The notes beneath the pieces were generated by a model, which had not been told where the DNA came from, ran no database searches, and saw only the letters and a program-made list of their open reading frames with translations. Of a stretch of 64,000 nt of DNA, positions 50,101 to 62,836 are shown in pieces. Location of the stretch: contig NC_092680.1 of the NCBI RefSeq assembly GCF_964355755.1, positions 8,742,001-8,806,000 on the forward strand. Reading direction: 5' to 3'. The position numbers and the translations under genes are program-made. The DNA comes from Antedon mediterranea (lineage: Eukaryota; Animalia; Echinodermata). Each line of letters begins with the position of its first letter. Positions within the stretch are counted from its first letter, which is position 1.

Positions 50101-53100
50101 ACAGGCCGAGCAGCCGATTTGCTTGCATTTGCTAACAGGAACTGTGATGTTATTGAGTAAGTTTCATTTAGCTCTAGCATTCTAAATTCCTACATAATTA
50201 ATTCCTGTTTAATATATCAATATAACTTAATATTTTTAATTTGTTTTTCTTCTAATAGTGGAGTACGAAAAATAAAATCTTCAGTGCAAAGTACAATATA
50301 TGAAAGAATACACACTGTGTGTAAAATTAGTAAAGACCATCACACGATACCGGAACTAAAAGAGGCTATTGATATTATTATGAAACATGAATCAATGGTA
50401 AAGATACAAATTAATTATTCATAATAAATAATTATTGTCAATCATGATAATTATTACTTATTTTTTATTCATACTTTCATATTTGATTTATTCTATATTT
50501 TGTATTCTCTCTCTAGCCTCTCAATCTCTCTCTTTTTGTATGAAATAAAATCTTTAATTTTATTATTCTTTTAAAGATTACCATTTTTAGAATGGATGCA
50601 GGAGAACAAGACGATCTGGATTTAGCTATACTTAAAGCTCTACTCAAAGGTAATTAATGGTAATTTTGATACTACTATGCTACGAAAAACACAGAAAACA
50701 AATAATCTGCATCTTCATCAGTTGGTTGATCTGACAAAATATATTAAACATTTTCTTTCGCTGAATTATGTTTCTAGGCCAGACTGCATCACCTAAATCC
50801 CAGTTGAAGTTGGCACTATCATGGGGTCGAGTAGATGTTGCTGAGAGTATTTTCAGTGACCATAATGATTGGCCAGTAAGTACTTATTAACATGGGATTC
50901 ATTAAAACACTTGCATCATCTCAAATATCAAAAGTTTTAAAAGTATGTTTTGGTACAAGTATAATGAAGTATGTCTAGAGCTTCCATCTGTACTGAAGAT
51001 ACTGCGACATTTAGGGTCAACTAGCAACTCTTCTGAAAATCGGTAATAGATTTTCATATTTGACTGATGTATATTTTTGTATTTCTAGCTTGGGAGTCTT
51101 GATAACTTTGTTACTCAGGCTTTGACTGAAAACAGAGTGGACTTCTTAGAACTGTTTCTAGAAAAGGGCGCCATCATGAAAGAATATCTGACTGTTTCCA
51201 GACTACGTTACTTGTATAACAAAGCTGCCGAAACGAACAAGTTCATCCGCAAGCTAATTGTAGACAAAACTCGTGGTGGGGTAAGATAATAAATGTAAAT
51301 ATACAAACAAAAGATTTACTAATTAATTACAGTAGATTGTCTTCTGTCTTTGACTGTTCTCTCCAAATCATTCCTGGTAGAGTCTTTTGTGTGTTTGCAT
51401 GTAGGTCTCTAAAACAGGTTTTCTTCCATGGTAATGCCTCTCTTATGCCTCTCTGAGCATCACTAGAATTATGTGCAAAACATTTAAATCTTTTTACTTT
51501 TTACAGTTAGCTAACATATTTTACCTGCATCATGTTAGAAAATTAATTCAGTCATTAATGGGAGAACACGAAGCACCTTTGTATAATCACGACCGTAACA
51601 TGGGTGATGTGGGACTAGAGTGTAAAGCACTTGTAGCAATGTCAACATGCTTATCAGGTAATTAATCTTCAGATATTATCTACGTTCATCATAATAATTT
51701 TTCTCATTATCAATGATATCAATCGTGTGACATCTATTTTAATATTATCAATATCATTATCATATGATCATTGTCATCTTTATATCTCCTCTTTAAAATC
51801 AGTTGTAATTTTTGGATGGTTTCTTTTTCAACATTTTGGCATTTCTCAGGATTGTCCCTGCTTTTTATGTAAATTTATGCTCTCTTCCAAATTCCAGCCG
51901 ATCACAAGCAAAATCTGAAAAAATCTGCTCATGCATCATCCATTCACATTAAAAGATTAATGTTGTAGGTTTGATGCTACCTTACGTCGCTCAGGTAGAG
52001 TTTCTAAACATAAAGTCAAACAATGAGCAGCTATCCATAGGTGAGAATTTCTCGGTAGCTGAGCTTGTTAACCCTGGCATGCACTTTCCACGACCTTTTA
52101 GAGAGCTTTTCTTGTGGGCAGTTTTGGTTAGCAGGTATGTACTGGTGCAGATTTTGAAAACACTTTTGTGTTGTATAATAGAAACTTTTATACCGTAATA
52201 AATAAATAAATAGATAAAAAAAAACTTCAGTAGCAATTGTTGATTTAGTAATTTTGAATTAATTCTATGTATATTTTGATGAGTCAATATACCTGTTATT
52301 GTTTGCTTTACCTTCTTAGGATGGACCTAGCAGAATTCTTGTGGGAGAGAGGAGAAGACCCAGTTTGTTTAGCCATTGTGGCATCAAGAATGTTACGTTC
52401 AATGTCAAAAAGTGCCCAAGATCCAGATGACAAACTTAAGCTTCTTGAAAACTCAAGGTAATAAACTTCAGTAGGGCAACGGCTATGAGCTAAACCCAGG
52501 AGAAGAGAACAGGTGTTAAAATATGTCGTCTTGAAACGCCAGAGGCCTCCAACGTTGAATGGCTACTTAGGTCCATAAACCGGGGACCTTGGGTCTCTGC
52601 GTTACAACAGTGTAAAGTTTTGTAATATAGGAATAAAGTTAATGCTTGCTGGGTTTTACTTTTTCTAATCGTGAAAATGATGATCTTTGTTTCAGAAAAT
52701 TTGAAAAACTTGCAATCTGTGTAATTGATGAGTGCTATATCACAGATGAAGATCTAGCTCAGATGATGATTACAATTCCACACAAGCAGTGGGGAGGTAT
52801 GAACACCTTAACCATTGCAGCCGAGTCAGAAGCGGAGGAATTTATTTCCCGTCCATGTCCTCAGGCTGTCATCCAGAACATTTGGATGGATGGAATGCGT
52901 TGCTCCACGGGGAAAGCGTTTTTTGTTTTGCTTATACCGCTACTGTTGAAGGTGATTCCGTACAGAAAAGACTTTGTTTCAAAAACAATGCAGGAGAAAG
53001 TGTGGATGTTCTACAACGCCCCAGTAACAAAGTTTTTTGGTGGACTGGTAAGACCACATCACTGTTTGAAATGCTTATATTTTTAATCTGTTTTATCTAC

Positions 53101-56100
53101 TTGCCTAGACCTATTGTTATATTTATAATATGGCAACCATCTTTCTCTATATGGTCAATTGCTGAGTAATTTTATTGACTAGGCCCACTATGAATTAAAT
53201 AATTTATACAGTAAAAATTATGAATATAAACTGACCATATCTTATTTATTTTTAGATTACATATTTGATGCTACTTCTGTTGTTCAGCTATGTGCTACTT
53301 TTTGATTTTCAAGAAAAGCCGTCAGTTCATGAGAGTATTTTATTTGTATGGATTTGTACCCTTATTATTGAAGAATTTCGACAGGTAAAAGGCAACTTTT
53401 GATAAATATATTGCTCAAACAGTATGGATGTGAAAGTACTTTTGGAGACACTGTGTCACATGACTATTTGACCAATCAGAATGACAGAAGCTTAATCAGC
53501 CTTTTGACATTTTAGGACTTTGTTTAAGTTTATTCTACTATTCCTAGTTTTTTAATTTTCTCTACCTCAGTTGCTAATACCAAACGAGTTTGAGACATGG
53601 TATCAGAATGTTCGTCTGTGGAAACGCAGTGTGTGGAATTGGATAGAGGCACTAATGCTTAGCCTAGCCAGTCTAGGATATTGTCTACACTGGAGTTTAG
53701 ATTGGATTGATGGTGCCAAATGTTGTTACTCTGCTAGCTGTTTCTTATTCTATGTCAGGCTACTTAGGATGTACGCTGTCAATACTAATCTTGGTCCCAA
53801 GATGGTTATGATAAGAAAAATGGTAGTATATAATGTATAACAATTGTACATAGAATAATGCCAATTTAGTTTTTTTTATATAAAGTCATGCATTGTGTAA
53901 TAACATTTTTTCTAACTAAAAATGTAAGAATGAAATGTGTTTTATTCTAATTTACATCAACATCGTTTACTTTTGCAGATTCATGAGCTGGTGTTTTTTC
54001 TCTGTATCTTGCTTGTGTTTATGGTTGGCTATGGTGTAGCTAGTCAATCTCTTCTCTTCCCCAATCAAACAAATGTTCCTGCTGCCATTACTAGAATCTT
54101 CTACATGCCTTACTTCCAGATTCTTGGTGAATTGTTTCTGGACACAGTTGAAGGTAATTAAAGGGTTTGTATTGTAATGATTGAGTGCAGTTAATTGCAG
54201 AAATACTTTTTTCAACTTGTTGGTGTCGCAGGAAAGTTTCTTTCATAGGGGTTGTTCAAAGGTGCTGATTTACAAAGAAAAAGATTAGATCCTGACTTAC
54301 AGTACACCTTAGATTGCTTGTTTTCCCTGTAGGTAACGTTGATGATTGTAGTGATGATCCAAATCAAGATCTTCAACCATGTCCTAAGAAACACATCTTT
54401 GTCTCTGTACTATTTGGCATCTATTTGTTAATAGGAAATGTGCTGCTGTTAAACCTTCTGATTGCGATATTTAGGTGAGAATTGGTTTAGCTTTCTTTGG
54501 CTTTACTGTAAGAGTAAGAAATTAAGGCATGTGTCAGTTGTACAGAACCACTTTTCTGATTTTCCACTAAAAATCAATCAAAATTTGACTAATGCGCATA
54601 CATATTTATATTTCCATTTACTTTTTGTGACGTAAATAAATGCGCAAACATAGTAAATTGTAACTGCTGTGTTACTGTATTGTAAATAGGTATTTTTGTA
54701 TTTATGTACAATGTTTGGAAAAGTGTGAATAGATAATTATGTTCAATTTTCTGGACAACCAAAGACATTGTGGTTGTTGAATGTAAGCATTTATTTATAC
54801 TTTTTGAGGCATGGATATATATTTATTCTATTTTGCATTTTATTTTCACCCCAGTTTTGTATTTGATGAAGTCCAAAGCAAGGCACTTCAGATATGGCGG
54901 TATGAACGGTATGCATTGGTGATGGAGTATGCTGATAGACCAGCCATTCCAGCTCCCTTTGTAATATTTCAACACCTCTTTATGATCCTCTCATGGCTGT
55001 ATAGAGTGATCAATATATCATGCAGTAAAGCCGATGAAAAAGGTGTTTTTTTTCCTATATTGCTTTTTGCAATTCAAATTTTTTTTAAGTCATAGAAAAA
55101 CAAGAAAAAGATAATGCAAAAATCACGCATCAATGAAAAATATGTTAAATCGAATGAGAAAAATACTTTAAAATCATAAGATTAACAACCATTAATATCT
55201 TGATAGTGTATAATTGTTTTTATTTCTACGACCCTATGACATCCAAACATCAAGTAACTCCAGTCAAGATAACCTATCTATTTTTATGGTTTATTTCATG
55301 TTGATATACTAAAGTTATTATCTTTTTTTTTAGATATATTGTACAATCTAGAGAAGAAAATTGAGTTAAGAGTGTTTGAAAAAGAATGTGCTGCAAGTTA
55401 CCGTCGCAAGAAGGCAAACATTGAAAGCTCACAAGTGACGGAAAAAGTTGATAGAATTGAGAAAAAGTAAGGAAATTGGCATTAGCAAAGTTGTAGTTGG
55501 ATAAATCATGCACCAATAATCTTCTAGCTTAAAATGTTAAGTGCTAGGCTCTGTCTACACTATCAAACTTTATGTGAAAAAAAATGTGATGTGCCCATAT
55601 ATGAACAGGATGAGCACAATTTCACTTTTTTTGTCAAAATAGTTTGATAATGTAGATAGACTTTATAATTATTTAAATTCATATTTGATGTATTACAAAG
55701 ATAAACAATATTCAATAAATTTGGTTAATAATGTCTTCCTAAGGAAATTAATAAAACAAATAAATATTTTTTCTTGTATAATTTGCAGACTTGAAGAATC
55801 AATCAAACAGTATGAAGAGAAAGAATTTCCAAATAATGAAGTCCAGAGTAAGGTTGGACGGCTTCTTTACCCCCATGATAAAGCTTCAACATCATCTTTG
55901 ATTGATGTCGAATTTGATGAATTTGATAGCGCCCTTAATCATTCAAAGAAAAAGAGGCAAAAGTTTAAACAATCAAATGAACACAATGATCCTGAATGTT
56001 CTTCTCTTGAGCATCTTACAAGTAAAGAATTAGATGGTAGCGACATAGAACAAGCTAGCCTAACCTTTGATGATAGCATGGAGCAAACTAGTTTGTCGAA

Positions 56101-56293
56101 GCTGCAGGTAATTGCTAGACAGCAGGCTACAGCATTTATGGATCTGAAGAGAGGAATTGATCATCAGATGCAACTGGTGCAAGCTAGACTGCTAAAGCTG
56201 GAGGAGGAGTCACAAGGAAATAAACATATGTTAGAAGAAAATAAAAATATGTTGGAAAGAATGGAACATATGTTGGGAAAAGTCTTTGAATAA
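44170..56293 (+). CDS. TRPM: TRPM-family cation channel, ~1357 aa, 23 coding exons, no C-terminal enzyme domain
   Basis: Exons 44170-44180 (least certain), 47023-47191, 47360-47451, 47958-48201, 48547-48711, 49335-49538, 49650-49836, 49988-50156, 50259-50397, 50577-50649, 50778-50875, 51089-51280, 51507-51657, 51969-52134, 52320-52457, 52696-53047, 53256-53384, 53571-53822, 53979-54153, 54333-54474, 54855-55042, 55334-55466, 55789-56293. All GT-AG and in phase (4074 nt). Motifs [88 protein letters not shown] and TRP box IWRYERY. Confidence 0.95.
44610..45432. mobile_element. Degenerate hairpin-terminated element (similar architecture to 33325-34265)
   Basis: Left end contains CCGATTGGTC. Imperfect hairpin at 45323-45432 (GCTTGTTC..AAATATCTACGTT ... 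AACGTAGATATTT..GAACAAGC). Confidence 0.45.
45560..46620 (-). mobile_element. Degraded L2/CR1/Jockey-group LINE 3' fragment interrupted by a tandem array
   Basis: [18 protein letters not shown] (46550-46610) and [15 protein letters not shown] (45583-45630) resemble LINE ORF2 C-terminal motifs. Confidence 0.5.
45733..46350. repeat. 70/67-bp tandem array, 9 units
   Basis: Unit AACAACTAAAAGGTCCTTATAGCCTGAACCAGGTCTATGGGAAAAGGCAACATAATGAGGTATGAAAAGG. Spacings 70,67,67,70,70,67,70,70. Confidence 0.97.
55546..55663. mobile_element. Small palindromic MITE in the last TRPM intron
   Basis: CTCTGTCTACACTATCAAACT ... AGTTTGATAATGTAGATAGAC. The whole element folds back as a hairpin. Confidence 0.65.
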
Positions 56294-56487
56294 TATATTA
56301 AATATATATATAGTAATACAGATAATCCCAAACAAATATTTGTGCTAATACATATTTATAACATTTAATTTATTAAAAAAAACAATGGTACTTCAAACCT
56401 GGATAGAAATGTCATCACAAAGACTGGTAAATGGTGGATATATTCGCTCATTTTCTTAAAGTATGAATTGAAGGTTTTTAGCTTAAT

Positions 56488-57917
56488 TGGTTATCCACAC
56501 TTGGCAGATAACCCCTTGTTATTGTCACAATCTTTTTTTTTCTTCTATCTTATTCTTCTTTCCACGAATTTTGTCCGCAGCGTATCTCTAATTTTTGTTA
56601 ACATAAGATTGTATAACTTTGTCAGAAGATTGACCTCTATCTCTAGATGTGCAAGAAACTTCATTATATGACTTTAGAGTCGCGCAACATAAGTTACGCA
56701 CGATTTTATGAATTTTGCGTATTTAACATATATCGAAAATTATATAACAATTTAAATTGAAACTTAGCAAAAGTGTAATTTATATCATGCGCTAACTTTC
56801 TTTGGAAAAAATGGCATGTTTTACAGAAAGTCAACTTTTAATCAAATTACTACGCATTTCATGTCATTTTAAGCATGTAGCATGGAGCTAAAAACTTTTT
56901 CCAGCCTTTTCTAGTAAATTTACCAACTTTTGAACAATTTAACTTAAAATCACGTCATATGAGCACTTCGAATTGGACAATTCGCACACGTTTTTGATGA
57001 AAAAGTAAAAAAATTCGTCAAAATTATGCCTTTTTTTAAACAGTCATAGAGATTCTAAACTACATGGTGAAGTTTATTTTTATTACATATTCTGGAAGTT
57101 GACATGAGTTTTAGATATCGGATCATGCATCAATATGGCTAACCAGATATTGTGACGTCATCGAATGGCCACTCAAATATAAAATATAGGATTTTTGTCT
57201 CTTTCGTCATAGCTCATCACATTTAGTAGAGCGCATCTCCACTTATCCGTATTCCATTTCCCCCCCATATTTGATGTTATCTAGGTCAATCAATTATTTT
57301 TCGCATAATTTACCGTTTTTAAGACGTCAAAATGTGCAAAAGCGTAAATAGCTTTGGTCACTTATTTTCATCATTCCAATAAATTAGTTATAGCTCCTCA
57401 GAATGAAAAGTGATACTCATATTAACGATGATAAACGTTTTCTGGAAGCTGTTAAATTGTAGATACGAATTCATGTACAATGATTGTTGTGACGTCAACA
57501 TATGGCCAGTTGAAATATAAACGTCGTATTTTCATATTTTGCATCACAGTTCATGACATTTAAAAGAGCGCGCATCCATATTCTACGTATCCAAATTTCA
57601 TCAACACATCTCTTAGTGGTTGCTCAGATAATTCCCTTCCAAAATTGCTATCTATGTGCTTCATTTTGATGACATTATCATGTTAAAAATTGGATTAAAA
57701 GATGGGTCTCGTAATTTCATCTATGCTAACATACACAGTGTATTCCATAACTGTTATGCTTTATAACACAAAATAGGTACAATTCAGCACTGTAAATATA
57801 TTTAATTCATGTCATAGGATGGCATAATAATTGTCGCTGTTGATATTTTAACGTATGCGCATGTTGCGTTTGCGCGAATAACCCAAACTCTTCAAGTGAC
57901 GAGTTCTAATCCAGTTT
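56488..57917 (+). mobile_element. Helentron-associated (HINE-like) element
   Basis: 5' TTGGTTATCC..GATAACCC followed by a (TTC/TTA) microsatellite. 3' end TAACCCAA, hairpin AACTC..GAGTT and CCAGTTT. Diverged internal duplication (57140-57260 vs 57485-57600). Confidence 0.55.
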
Positions 57918-59323
57918 AATTTAGATTTATTTTTTAAACATAGACTTGAAATTCAACGCATAAGGAAATAATTCATGTGCCTTTTGGGCAAGTATATGTT
58001 ACCAAGAGAAGTTTATTTCAAAGATTAATGTTAATGATATTGATATATTTTCTAATCTGTTTATAGATCTAAAATTTATTGGTAATGGTTTTTATCTCTG
58101 TTGGCTGTGCATTGAAAGATAAAATAAAGTTGAGAGTATATTACATTTGTAAGGGCCATTTATATACTAAGACTGATTGACAATAATAAATAGATAAACA
58201 TACATTTTTCTTACATAAAGGTACAGTACCAACTTTGTACGTTTTTATTGTAATACAACACCAGCCAGGTGGTGCTACACAGGTGTGTATTGACCACAAT
58301 CCAAGTGTTTCAAATTCATAAAACTGTAGGTGGCAGCATGCAGCAAAAATATCTGTGGATGGTGTCATTATCATCTTTGAATGGTTTGTGTGTGAATGGA
58401 TTTTGGAATCGTTCGTATGTCGTCGACGAGGCCGAGAAGAAAAGTCAATATAATAACAATAATAAAAGGCTAACTAAGGTTATCAAGTGTTATTTTTTTT
58501 ATCAAGAGGAAGTTATTAGATTAAGGTAAACCGTATGACGTTTTGTTAAATATTTAATGTTTTATCAGGTTTGTCTAGGCTAGGCTAGTAGGCTTTGTTT
58601 TCAGTCTTATATTTTGTCGGTTCTAGGCTAGCTAGCTAGTAGCCCAGGTCAGGAAGCAGGTAGAGCTTTTGATAAGCTGTAGGCCTAATAGGCTAGCTAG
58701 TAGTAGTAGGGCCTAGGTCTAGTAGGTAAGATTTAAAACAAAAAACAGGTTATAGAGGAAAAAATCTGGCTGCTTGAATTGAGATAGACTAGGCCTACTA
58801 GGCCTAGATTACATTGAATTGTTGTTCATCACCTGACTGTTCGCATTTAAATCTAAAAAATTCCCAAATGTTATGTGACGTACTAGTAGGCTAAACCCGA
58901 GGTAACCTTTTGCATAAGGTTTGTCGCAAATAGCGTGTGTGACGCATGGTGGGATGTATGTGATTTGTTGTTTGTACGTACGTGTCGTGACGTTTGCTCC
59001 CAAACCCTTCCCATCATGCATTGTGTAAGCTATTAGTATTTGCGATAAACCTTATGGTTGCTCGCTCGCTTGACCGTGCCGATGGAAACAATGACTTAAC
59101 ACAGTCGATATATGAATATTGACCATGTGTGTAAAAAATTAGTATTTTCTTTTGACAATGTTGATTGACATAGTCGTACATAATGTATAGTTACTATATA
59201 GTATACCAACAACCAATTTATTCTTGAGATTTCATTAAAACTTAATTAAAAAACTTTGTATTTTGAATCTGTGATTAATAAAGTTTTTTTTGTTGTAGAT
59301 AGAATTTAAGTAAAAGGGAATTG

Positions 59324-59701
59324 ATGAGTGATTCAAATGATGGCAATAGCCTAGGTGGGCTTCGTAAACGCAATCTAGTCAGTAATCAATTGAATACAGT
59401 CAGCAGCAGTAGTTCTTGTAAAAAACAAGTCAGCAGCAGTAGTTCTTGTAAAAAACAAAGTGAAGACAATCCCATTGAATCCACGAAAACTGACAACATG
59501 ATTCCGAAGGATTTAATTGGGAAAGCTCCATTAGCCAAGTTTGACACATCAGAAGGAAAGCTAACCTTTGACATTAGTACCATAACTGAAGAAATTGTAC
59601 CGTTGAAACCAAGAAACTGTGTGAAAGAAACCATAGATGAAATTGAAGTCTGTCCAGACTCTGATAGTGATGGCAGTCAAAAGTACAGCAGGGTTCCATC
59701 A
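59324..59701 (+). CDS. Probable first coding exon of an unidentified gene (disordered N-terminus)
   Basis: Acceptor TTGTTGTAG ending at 59298, ATG at 59324, 378-bp open frame and a strong donor TCA|GTAAGT. A likely non-coding exon 1 ends at ~58525 (AAG|GTAAAC) in a CpG-rich region. Confidence 0.6.
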
Positions 59702-59913
59702 GTAAGTACTGTTGTTAGCACTTGTTCACACCATATTTACCAAATTGCAGTGTGGTTGCGGTGACACTGAGTTGATGATTGTTCTTATTTGTATATTTGG
59801 GTGTTTTAACATAGAGTAGTATCTATGTCTTGGTATTATAATAAGTACTGTATATCAATCTTACATACTGTAGCACTCAACACATACAGTATGGAACACA
59901 CAACTGTCATAAT

Positions 59914-60891
59914 GTTGCAGCTAGTAATCTGTACAGTTGTGTCTTAACCCTACCAGCTACCCATTAGGTTGCAGCTAGTAATCTGTGCAGTTGTGTCTTA
60001 ACCCTACCAGTTACCCATTAGGTTACAGCTAGTAATCTGTGCAGTTGTGTCTTAACCCTACCAGCTACCCATTAGGTTGCAGCTAGTAATCTATGCAGTT
60101 GTGTCTTAACCCTACCAGTTACCCATTAGGTTGCAGCTAGTAATCTGTGCAGTTGTGTCTTAACCCTACCAGTTACCCATTAGGTTGCAGCTACTAATCT
60201 GTGCAGTTGTGTCTTAACCCTACCAGTTACCCATTAGGTTGCAGCTAGTAATCTGTGCAGTTGTGTCTTAACCCTACCAGCTACCCATTAGGTTGCAGCT
60301 AGTAATCTGTGCAGTTGTGTCTTAACCCTACCACCTACCCATTAGGTTGCAGCTAGTAATCTGTGCAGTTGTGTCTTAACCCTACGAGTTACCCATTAGG
60401 TTGCAGCTAGTAATCTGTGCAGTTGTGTCTTAACCCTACCAGCTACTGTACCCATTAGGTTGCAGCTAGTAATCTGTACAGTTGTGTCTTAACCCTACCA
60501 GCTACCCATTAGGTTGCAGCTAGTAATCTGTGCAGTTGTGTCTTAACCCTACCAGCTACCCATTAAGTTGCAGCTAGTAATCTGTGCAGTTGTGTCTTAA
60601 CCCTACCAGTTACCCATTAGGTTGCAGCTAGTAATCTGTGCAGTTGTGTCTTAACCCTACCAGCTACCCATTAGGTTGCAGCTAGTAATCTGTACAGTTG
60701 TGTCTTAACCCTACCAGCTACCCATTAGGTTGCAGCTAGTAGTAATCTGTACAGTTGTGTCTTAACCCTACCAGCTACCCATTAGGTTGCAGCTAGTAAT
60801 CTGTGCAGTTGTGTCTTAACCCTACCAGCTACCCATTAGGTTGCAGCTAGTAATCTGTGCAGTTGTGTCTTAACCCTACCAGCTACCCATT
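59914..60891. repeat. 54-bp minisatellite, ~18 copies
   Basis: Unit GTTGCAGCTAGTAATCTGTGCAGTTGTGTCTTAACCCTACCAG(C/T)TACCCATTAG. Confidence 0.97.
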
Positions 60892-61440
60892 TGTACACCT
60901 AGGAAACGTAAATGTACATTAATTGTCTAAGGAGACAAGCAATATGACGAACTATAGTTTCAGAAGCCCATCATTTAACGCAGGCTTAATTTAAATAATG
61001 GTATTGGTATGGAATAAATAATGAAAATTACTGTGCTACTGTACATGGAGTTTAGACTAAAAAAAAAAGATATTATAGACTAGACAAAAAAAGAGTGATG
61101 TCTAAAACAAAAGGGATTATTATATTTTTGCACTTCCTACAGAGCCATTTACATTTTTTCTAGAGAAAGTATTATCTCAAATAATATTCCATTCTTATAT
61201 CAGTAAAAAAATATACAAATTTAATTTCCAAATAAAATCATTTCATTTTCTTTTGACAATTACCGTAATATCTGAAAACTCGGTATTTTGGTCATAGTAG
61301 TATTATGGTTGCTGTAATTATATGAATTCTAAATATCATTGAAATAAAATATTATCAGATCAAGAGCAGAAGATAGGATTAAGAGATTGTAGTCTTGTGA
61401 GTCAGAATAAAAGGTAGAAAACTACTTAATGCTCAACAAA

Positions 61441-61769
61441 GATATATCAGGGTGACCTGGATATATCAGGGTGACCTGGATATATCAGGGTGACCTGGAT
61501 ATATCAGGGTGACCTGGATATATCAGGGTGACCTGGATATATCAGGGTGACCTGGATATATCAGGGTGACCTGGATATATCAGGGTGACCTGGATATATC
61601 AGGGTGACCTGGATATATCAGGGTGACCTGGATATATCAGGGTGACCTGGATATATCAGGGTGACCTGGATATATCAGGGTGACCTGGATATATCAGGGT
61701 GACCTGGATATATCAGGGTGACCTGGATATATCAGGGTGACCTGGATATATCAGGGTGACCTGGATATA
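61441..61769. repeat. Perfect 19-bp minisatellite, ~17 copies
   Basis: Unit GATATATCAGGGTGACCTG with no variant seen. Confidence 0.97.
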
Positions 61770-62749
61770 GACAAAAAGGAAAACAAAGTTTGTTTTGATA
61801 CTATACTACTGTAGTATATTTAATTCAATAATCGCCATCTGCATTGCGATCAAATTTTGCATGTCCAGCCAGAACTTTTTGGTCACTGTCAAATAAACAG
61901 TGATTAATCCCACCCTTATATCAATGGAATGTCTAAATATATTGATCTGTTTAAAAAAAAAATTATTCAAGTGTACAAACCATAAAAATTGGAGCTACAC
62001 TAAATGGTGACTTGTATAAAGTAAAAGACATACCGATTATCAAAATGTTTAATACACAGTACAAACTTGTTGGTACCATTATAAAAACACTTGATAATGA
62101 TCAACAATTACACACAGTATAATTCATTTCGATGAAACACAATTTATAAGAATAAAATAAATCATGACATACAGTAATTGCAATTTTCAAAATTTGATGA
62201 ACTATTTTATTTCAAAACAAACTGTAGTGTGGCCAAACAAGTTAAACATTATAAAGAGGTGTTTAGTAGGCTTACTGAGAACCAATTTCATGGTATAAAT
62301 TGGGGAATGGGCTCTTATTATACTATACCCAATATCTGGATATGCCTACTGTAAATTTAAAGGAGAGAAAACCTAATAAGATGGTTATATTGTAATGCCA
62401 AAAAAGACCTTGCTGTAGCAATGGCAGACAGATTAGGTTCCGTTATGTAAGTAAGATTATATTGTAAGGTATTGTTACTGTGGTTTTTTAACGAATTGAG
62501 TTGTGAAAGTGACTGACAATAGTATAGTGACCTACTAAATAGTTACTCAAAGTCAGGATACTGTGCAATACAATCACTATCTTTTAAAACTTGAACCTTT
62601 GTTCAAATCACACCACCATCTTTCCTGCTGCCTCACACATGCTCATTCATTTCTAGTTAATTGTACCAGTACAAGCCACACATTTTTTTGAAACAGTATT
62701 ATTCTACACAAATTCATATTAGTATTAGTGTGCAGTAAACTTGTTATAG

Positions 62750-62836
62750 TGTATAATGGAGAATATTATTAATAGTGAAAATGATTTGAGACAACGGCAC
62801 ACAGGTCATGCCAAAGGTGAATCATCAGAAGATTCT
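62750..62836 (+). CDS. Candidate next exon (or alternative start) of the 59324 gene
   Basis: TAG|TGT...TCT|GTAAGT, 87 bp, phase 0/0, encodes CIMENIINSENDLRQRHTGHAKGESSEDS. Confidence 0.4.

Noticed and set aside
52470-52612. GC-richer insert in a TRPM intron as a snoRNA
   Set aside because: No convincing C/D or H/ACA boxes with the required stems. More likely a repeat fragment.
55685-56293. 202-aa ORF as an independent gene or a NUDT9-H domain
   Set aside because: It is the in-phase terminal TRPM exon (acceptor ending at 55788) and has no Nudix features.
59914-60891. Telomere-related repeat (TAACCCT in each unit)
   Set aside because: A single hexamer per 54-bp unit and no (TTAGGG)n run.
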